From: Trichosphaerium sp. ATCC 40318
Lineage: Eukaryota > Protista > Tubulinea
Reading direction: 5' to 3'
DNA: 64,000 nt
Assembly: GCA_038496445.1 (NCBI GenBank)
Contig: JALMLS010000009.1
Location: 186,001-250,000, forward strand
Part shown: positions 54,452-64,000 of the stretch, piece by piece
How positions within the stretch are numbered: the first letter of the stretch is position 1
Layout of the letters: each line of letters begins with the position of its first letter
Program-made: the position numbers and the translations under genes
The notes under the pieces: generated by a model
The model's input: only the letters and a program-made list of their open reading frames with translations
The model's database searches: none
What the model was told of the DNA's origin: nothing

Positions 54452-57400
54452 TCATTCATCAGGTACAACATCCTCGTAGAGTTTAAGAGTAACGCCATGT
54501 AAAACAGCATTAGTAGCTTCTTGACAGAGCCTATGAAGCCTTGGATCACGTGCACACTTCTTATAATTCGCAACAATAAAATCAACAGCCATTCTTCTAA
54601 GTTTAGGCAAGTGATACTTTACGCTTGCTTCAAGCAACTCAAAGCAAGTATCCATATTAGTAAACTCAGCCAAGCTTGTCTTTATAAGCTTCTTAAGGTA
54701 CTTATCCTTTGACATGCCATAGAAATGCGCTTGAGACATAACTTGGATACAAGAATCAGGAGAACAAGATAACTTTCCAGTGTACAAGTAACTAAAAAAA
54801 GTCGTCAGTTTGTGAAAGAAAACTACGAAGGTAAAAGCCTACTAGCGAACTAGCGTAAATTTTAACATTTTAAACTTAAAATTGAAATACGCTAATAATA
54901 GCACATCTGTTTGATTGATCAAGACATAAAAATACTCGGTATGGATGAAAATTGAGCTTAACTAAACTGAGCTTATTGATTCCGTACGTTAAAAATGCAG
55001 CAAATGCTGCAGGGTCCATATCAGCATCATGCTTTAGAACCTTGTGTTTGAGTCCGTTCTGTCCACTATTTACATCAAAATTGAACATTGAGGCGAAGAA
55101 GGGGCAGCGTGCAGCGATTATAGCTTTATGAACACGAAACTTTGTACCCTGCAAAAAAAATAAATAAATAAATGAACATTAAAAAAATATTCGATTGTTA
55201 CCTTCACAAGAATAGACAAATCATAGTGGTCGTGACTGTTAAGCAATTTCTTCATATCAGTACGAAGAGTAGAAGAAGTAATCATATCAGTATAGAACGT
55301 GAATACATGTTGGCGCTAATAACAAGGAGTCAACAAACTTAACAAAAAACCAAGAAATTGATATCAAAAAAAAAAAAAACGTACAGACATCAACAACACA
55401 GACAAACAGTACTTTGTTATTTCATCAATAAACTTAACTTCAAGAATGAAGCGTATCCTATAAAGAACAAGTAAGTAAACGCCCGTGTGATATCCTATTA
55501 ACCAAACAAAAACACAAACGTACCATTGTGATCGATGCCAATTTATTACTGTATCTTTATCAGCTTCGCTGGATATACCCAAAGTTATCATGAAAGGTGA
55601 TATATCCTCGTCCTACAACAACCAGTAAATAAACGGACCTTGAGTTATAATTAAATCAATAAAAAAACGTACAACAAAGTTATCTTTAGCCCATTGTCCA
55701 CAAATAATCTCAAGTGGCTTCAAACTAAAATAACGTGCGCACTTAAGCAACAAGTACACATCATTAAGAGCACGTGATTCAAGATCCAATTCTTCAGTAT
55801 ATAAAAACTCTAGAAACAGGCCAAGTACGACAGGAGTAACGCCTTCACTTTGTAGCCTAAATAAATCAATAAGTGATCAAAACTAACAAAAAAAAATGAA
55901 AGAAAACGTAAAACATGTTCTTGAAGGTACCATTGATTAATTTGACTGAAATTTAAAAATATCTTGCATCTAGCGTGTATAATACATTTATGAAGGTAAA
56001 AATTCTGACCCTTGTAGTTTATAGTATAGTCTGAGAAGGTGTGATTGCGAAAAGTCATCGATAAGTCTTTTTTGTATGGATCGATCTGATCACGAAGGAA
56101 AATCTTCTCCTCTCTTGCTAAGAATGCACGAAGGTACATACCAACATACAAACGTAGAAAATGGTCTTCATACTTGCCCTTAGCAAGCCTGTCTTTCTTT
56201 AAAATTTTCGGAATTTTCATGTGTTTTTGGGCCAAGTTTAAGGCTAATCCTACTTTGTGTAACCTCTGATCAAGCTTTGGTGTTATATTATTTGATTCTT
56301 TTACTACTTGTTCATATGAAAATATCGTAGGATCATATTTATGAATAAGAGCCAAAAAAACATTTCCGTCTTGAAATGAAGCAGTGAAGTTTTCTATGTT
56401 TATCTCATCGTAATCCTTTCTAAATTCAATACCATTAGCATATATAAGATAAAAAAAATCCCTCATAAATAAAAAAACAACAAATCGTGAGTCTCGATTT
56501 TTTTCACTCACGTGATGTAGCATCGAAGTTTTTTTTTGTTTTGTATTTTTTTTTGATCAAAAAAAAAAACTATGCGTACGTCATTTGTTTGCACCATTCT
56601 ATAAGTACATTATTGAAAATAGGATCCTCATCACACTGTAGAGATCTTAGAAGCATTTTCTTGAAAATAGTCCATAAGAATGCAAAGAGAATATGTTGGT
56701 TACAGTAGTGTGTATCAATAAAAAAATCCTATAAACATTCGTTAGAAAATACGCAAAAGAAGAGTAAGACGAGGAAAAGAAAAAAGGAAAACTGCGAACT
56801 TCGCAAAAAAATGATAAAATGATAAAAACGACGTGCAGATAGTTTTATAATCTGATTCTTTTGTGGTAGTAGCTCTGAATCTTGCAGGAAAGATAATGCA
56901 ACACCAGTATTAGCCATTCTTTCAATTCTTGTTCTAGATAGTCCGTTTTAATATTAATCCATTAGTTGGACTATGAATACGCTTATAACGCGTGCGTATA
57001 TATGTTTAGACAGTCTTAGATCAACTAAGAAAAAAAGGCGTACTTTGGACGTTTCACATAGCGTTTGTTTATCGTTGATGAGCATAGTATTTCTACAAAG
57101 TATATGATAGTAATGCCATCAGCAAATGCTTCTGTTAGGGGCGCTTTTAAACAAAGGTCCCGTTGTTTTAAATACGAATTTACAAATTGCGTAAATGCCT
57201 AAAACTGGGATTTAGGCGTTTGGTTGCATCACCAACAGCGTATTTGGTGTTATTGTGTACATACCGCAGTTTGTGCCTTCTCCCAATGCTTCCCTATCCA
57301 TCTACCGCGACCATACTGCATACCTGTGCTATTCCCATGCTGTCTTGGTGAACTGTATGCGCGTACAGTTCTACTTCTTCTAGTCGTCATAAGAGAGCTT

Positions 57401-57474
57401 GCGGTGCTTTTCTTGTGCGTTCGGTTACTTTGTGGCAACAAGCAGGCAAGTGGCGTAGGATTGTGTTCAAACAC
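54452..57474 (-). CDS. Tandem calponin-homology (CH1-CH2) + two BTB/POZ domain protein (start uncertain, may extend to about 57.9 kb)
   Basis: WEKAQTAAFTQFVNSYL..FADG (CH1), NFTASFQDGNVFLALIH (CH2), FSDYTI..FYLHKCIIHARC and YDLSILVKGTKFRVHKAIIAARCPFF (two BTB). Confidence 0.8.
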
Positions 57475-58199
57475 TACAAAACCTGCACTTTTATTTACTG
57501 TTTTTAGGAGAGCCGTGCAAAAGAGTTATAGTCTCAAACTAGAAAGTTTAAGAAGGTGCTTTGACTGAATATAGAAATCTGTATGCATGCTTATTACGAG
57601 ATTGAATACTACCGAACGTGTGTACACGCGAGCTCCTCGGAGGCGTGCTTTAGCCCACAGAAGGAATGTGCGCTTGGACGCACTTTTTCTCGAAGCAACT
57701 ATCGTACCTGTAGTCGCGGCATTGCCACAAAGACGCCGATGGCAACCTGATGACGCTACTACGATCGACAAAAAGGATTATAAGGTAGTGTATACCTCCG
57801 ATAATACAAACTGTCAAAAAAAACAGACACCATACTCCGGATGTCAATCACAATGCCCTCATTGTGTAGCTCCAATACGCGTTTTCGCAAGTAGTATGCT
57901 ATGACGTGCTAGCGTAGATTTTGTGACATGAAACATGAACAATAATGTTGCCATATCACGTGAGTGATTTATTATTCCGTGACGTGTTTACTTTATACGA
58001 GTGTCAATCATATGCGCACGCATCGATATATCACCTCAAATCCGTCTACGACAACCGTTTTATAATACAATCGCTTACAGATAGGCTCGTATACTGGTGA
58101 TAGATTCTACTTTCAAAAAAGCGTGAATTCCTGTATTTCAATCATCCCGAATAGGTCAGTTTTTAAACAACAAACAACAGCAACAACATCTCAGCTAAC

Positions 58200-58808
58200 A
58201 TGAACGTATCAAAGATTGTCAACCAGAACAGCGGAGGCCCTGCCAACAGCCAAGCGAACAACAGGATCACTTATATACCACGTATGAGCAACGTACAGAA
58301 AATGAGGCAAGCTGCCCGTAAGCACAAGAAGGAGAACCCAAACGGTAGACCAGTACGTAACAGCTAGCAGGTATCAGCCAAAACTCACATTAAATCTAGT
58401 TGCTCTTTAAGGAAACGCCAGTAATGAAAGCGCTACGAAGGATTCAGCTAGCAGACGTCTGCGTTAAAAACCTTCCAAGACTAGAACAAATGTTCCCAAT
58501 GGTAAAGAACATCATTATGTCTAAACGTTTAGAGGTACGCGTACAAAGTAACGAACAAAACTCAAGACCAGACTGATTGATTTAGAATTGACAGCCAACA
58601 ACTTTTTAATGTTTTGTTTTCATTCTTTTTTTTGTTCTACGCTTAGTATCTATCTAACATTCGATATCAGGTGATAAAGCAAATGAAACTCTTGGAAATG
58701 CGTTCACGTGTTGAATTCACCTTTATCACCAAAGAAGAGGCGCAACTAGTGAACGGAGGCTACAAAGTTTACGATACAGCCACCAATGCTATCGTGACGG
58801 CAAAATAA
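58200..58808 (+). CDS. Hypothetical three-exon basic protein (absent from the ORF track)
   Basis: MNVSKIVNQ..NGRP|LLFKETP..KRLE|VIKQMK..VTAK* with clean GTACG/AG junctions. Confidence 0.6.
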
Positions 58809-59352
58809 CTGTCCACTACTACTATTTGTACAGTCACGTCAATAAATGCAAGATTAACTATTTTGTCAACATTGCCTTACATTGAAAATTCTTCTCTTTT
58901 TTGTAAAAGAAAACGTCAAGTATCCTTCAGTGAACTTGCTTCTCTCATTACCAACGTCATTTTAACCACAGTCACAACAAAGACTCACATGCGCATACAT
59001 CGTAGCCACTTCGTATACAGTAGAGCTGGTAAAACACGAAGTTTCTCTCCAGTCGTTCTCCCAAAAGACAAAAAGCGTAAGAAAAGTGGTAGAGCCGCTA
59101 ATAGACAAAAATACAGCAAGCATGTAAAATCAGAGCGCAAATACAGTCAATTAAAGGCCACACTAGGCTTATAAATTTGTAAAATAACTCCAAACAAAAT
59201 AAACGATTTGTACAATAACGACAATCCCTAGTATACATTTATTGTCACATTATACCCATCTCAGCGACTCCCTAACGTTTTACTTCGCAATTTACCAGTA
59301 TTTACTTTACTGTTTCAAACAACAGCTGTCAACCCTTTGTGCATTGGTACCA

Positions 59353-61215
59353 ATGTTCATGTTGAGCGAAAAGCAGCCTTGTGGGCTGAATAACGCTGTT
59401 TTTTGGGGCACACTGTTAATACAGTTTTTAATAATCCTCTGTCTTCTTGAGATGCGCTCTGTGGGCAAAGAGGGCGCAGAATTTACAGGAGATCCTTCCT
59501 CAGACGTGATTTATCCAGATGGCCTTCAAGTACGCACCATAGCTGTTGCTTTGTCAACTACAAACTTTTACAACAATTACAATTAATCCACGTAGCCAAA
59601 CTATGACAAAAACATCATAAATTCGCCTTGTAGTTACATTTTACGTAGGGAAAGGTAGCCAAGCTTGAAAAGCAGTTAATGAATCTTCAAGTGCACTCTC
59701 TCGGTGCTGTCAACAACAAGCTAATCAGTCCAGAAGCTGTACGCAAGTATCAACAACAATTCAGAACTCGTGACATTCCCGACACGCGAGATCCTCATTG
59801 CAAAAACCTTGTACGTAAACAATACCTTGATTACGCCTCCCTCTCAACACACGTAGGTTTATGATGTTCTAAGTTTACCAACGGCTTCAATTGTCATCCC
59901 TTTCCACGGTGAAGAAGCACCAATGATGGTACAAATGCGCAACAGCCATTGTAGAAGCGCGTAATTTTTTTATTAGGTACAAACTCTAAAAACTATTCTG
60001 GAACGTACACCACCACATCTATTGGCGGAAATCATCGTTGTGGATGATTGGAACGAAAGTACGTCTTCAAAAAAGGAAAAAAGACCAAAAAATTCTTTAC
60101 TTCTAAACGTTTGTTTTAGAGCATCTCGATGAAGAGATAAGTATTGATCCTAAAGTAAAGATTGTCCATCTACCAGAAAGAGCAGGTCTTATTGTAGGCA
60201 AAGTAGTAGGTACTGAGCATGCTATTGGCGCTGCTATTGTATTTCTTGAAGCTCATTGTGAAGGTACGTACTAAACAAGTGTACCAACTTCAATAATTTT
60301 TACTGTGACTGTAGTGAACGTTGGTTGGCTTGAACCGCTTTTAGAAATTATAAGGGATGATGAAAAGGCTGTACCTATTCCAATCCTTGATATTATCGAT
60401 GATAATGGTGCGTGATGAACACAATAACAAAACCCCATAATTTTTAATCAATTCAAGACCAAAAAAAAAACCTGATTGATTCCGCGTGAAATGACTCTAA
60501 TGGTTGTATAGGCAAACCTGGAGCAGAGTATAAGGGAGCACCACTTAATAGAGGAGGATTTGATTCTAGACTCGGGTTCACTTGGATTCCTCTCAGTACG
60601 TAAACATAGCGAAGCTTTCTCAACGCACAGATTTTTGATTAACTTCTTTTTTAGCACCTGAGCAAGTGAAAAAACCAGGACACACTAACATCCCATCGCC
60701 TACTATGGCTGGTGGATTATTCGCTGTATCGCGCAAATGGTGGTCAATTGTAGGAAAGTATGACGTTGGTATGAAGATTTGGGGAGCAGAGAATGTTGAG
60801 TTTTCTCTACGCGTTTGGAATTGTGGTGGCTCGCTCATTGAAGTGCCTTGTTCTCGTATTGGTCATGTATTTAGAAAAAGAGGTAAAACGATTTCTTGTT
60901 TTTCGGCGCGAACTATTTTAGCGTTTACAGCCTGTAGGTTTCCCTTATAAGTTCCCTGATGGTCACGGAAAGACTGTATCACGTAATATCGCTCGTATGG
61001 CCGCTGTTTGGCTTGATGAACCAAGAAAATCAAACTTTCTTGCCAAGTATGATTGAAATGTGCACACTCATGTTCTAATGCGTTTATTTAGCCTACCAGA
61101 CCCAGGAGATATTTCTGATCGCTTAAAAATTGTCAAAGATCTTAAATGCAAGAACTTTCAATGGTTTCTGGATAATGTATACCCAGAAGCTCAAGATACC
61201 ATTAAGAAAAGCTAG
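59353..61215 (+). CDS. Polypeptide GalNAc-transferase-like (GT27) type II membrane protein lacking a ricin lectin domain
   Basis: [84 protein letters not shown], then stop. Confidence 0.88.
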
Positions 61216-61417
61216 GCACATAGTGAATGCCGTTTAAAAAACCCTGTAGAAATATAACGAACAAAGATTGCTTCACACTTTTATTTGCTTGAAGAACGTG
61301 TTTTCGGGTTCCTTTAATATGTAACTACACAATTGTAGTGTACACTTGCGCCGTTCACAGGATTTAGCACTCAAAATCGATCATTTGTTTTTTTTCATTA
61401 TCAGTTCGACTAGTACA

Positions 61418-63034
<1,617 letters not shown>

Positions 63035-63748
63035 ACAGTGCTTTTTTTTCAGTACTTGCGTAAGCGTTAGAATTCCACCCAAAGTGGGCGAAAATGACTG
63101 TTTTTCCTGTAGCCTTTGCAGTAGAAGGCATAGACTAGTTTCAAACATAGAGAGTCACGTTTTTTTGTGTTTTGTAAAATTGTTTTGATACAGTTACGGT
63201 TTGTACAAACAGCCATGCTTGCCGTGGTGGGTCTAGGATAGCCGCTAGTAGATATAGCGTTTCGAAAACATACTGCAGGTTGTGATTTCGTAGATCGGTT
63301 AAAGTTTACCCGCATTCACACTGTGAAGACTAACAAAAAAGTAGTTTATAATTTCTCACTGGATAGCCACACTTTGTCACTGTGAGTTTTGAGAATTATA
63401 CCGAGAAAGTTTCGAAAGTACAGAAACTTCCAGATACTGCTACATAATGTAATCTATTACCACAACTTGCCCAAAGACCCGAATTTGCCAAGAATATGCT
63501 GTGTGTTCTCCGAGTTTCGCCAAAAGCTTTTTGAAGAACCAATTAACAAAAGCAAGGTACGTACTCTCCAAAATAAAATGTTTAATGCACTGGGAAATTA
63601 CAATGTTCCGTTACATGGGCGCCCACAACTTTATCCAAAATCTCCGAAAAGTTATGAATTATATCTTTTGTTCGACTGTTTTTGACTTTATTTTCCATAC
63701 CTATCAATCTTATAAACAACAACACCTCAATTAATATAATATAAGACA

Positions 63749-64000
63749 ATGACCATGAGATCAACTGTTTTTATTTCGTGTATACTGCTTGCGATTATAT
63801 GTGTAACACGTGCACAGCAAATAACAAAAGACACAGAGTGGGAGCTAAATGTTGACAACAATGGTGGTTCCTTACGTGCTACAAGCATGAAGCGTTTTTT
63901 CAATGGACTATGGTACTCTTCTCTTGAAGTAAACGCAGACAAGTCAAGTGGAAACTTGAACTACATGTCCGGAGGTACAAGCCATTTCTTTCACTCAGAG
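63749..64000 (+). CDS. First exon of a secreted protein, truncated by the window end
   Basis: MTMRSTVFISCILLAIICVTRA signal peptide. Frame open to a GTACAA donor near 63975. Confidence 0.55.
   Translation, partial: MTMRSTVFISCILLAIICVTRAQQITKDTEWELNVDNNGGSLRATSMKRFFNGLWYSSLEVNADKSSGNLNYMSGGTSHFFHSE

Overview
This is gene-dense, AT-rich eukaryotic (protist-like, possibly amoebozoan) nuclear DNA. It holds about 28 protein genes, mostly split by many short spliceosomal introns (GTAYGT/GTAAGT donors, CTAAC/CTGAC branch points, and several GC donors), so most entries in the ORF track are exon fragments or antisense noise. Recognisable genes are RUVBL1, a TM9SF, GPAA1, a KCTD-type BTB protein, an ACSF2-like acyl-CoA synthetase, an SDR, an Arf-family GTPase, two F-box proteins, a hemerythrin-domain protein, a GT27 GalNAc-transferase-like protein and an A1 aspartic protease. 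Several bacterial-type families carry introns (SdrD-B repeat protein, PqaA/AprA, DUF2961, DUF1593, DUF427). Best leads: (1) a circularly permuted tRNA-like Pol III unit at about 50.54-50.70 kb on the minus strand, with a TATA box, the 3' half before the 5' half, a terminal helix and a T5 terminator; (2) a secreted polyprotein, Reeler - Cys-rich - TM - internal signal peptide - His1 LPMO-like domain - PAN-like - polyAsn - CBM6, lying in a co-oriented cluster of secreted glycan-related genes; (3) a dsRBD-FKBP-TPR fusion that could be a small-RNA loading co-chaperone. All gene models were spliced by eye and family calls rest on motif recognition, not database searches.
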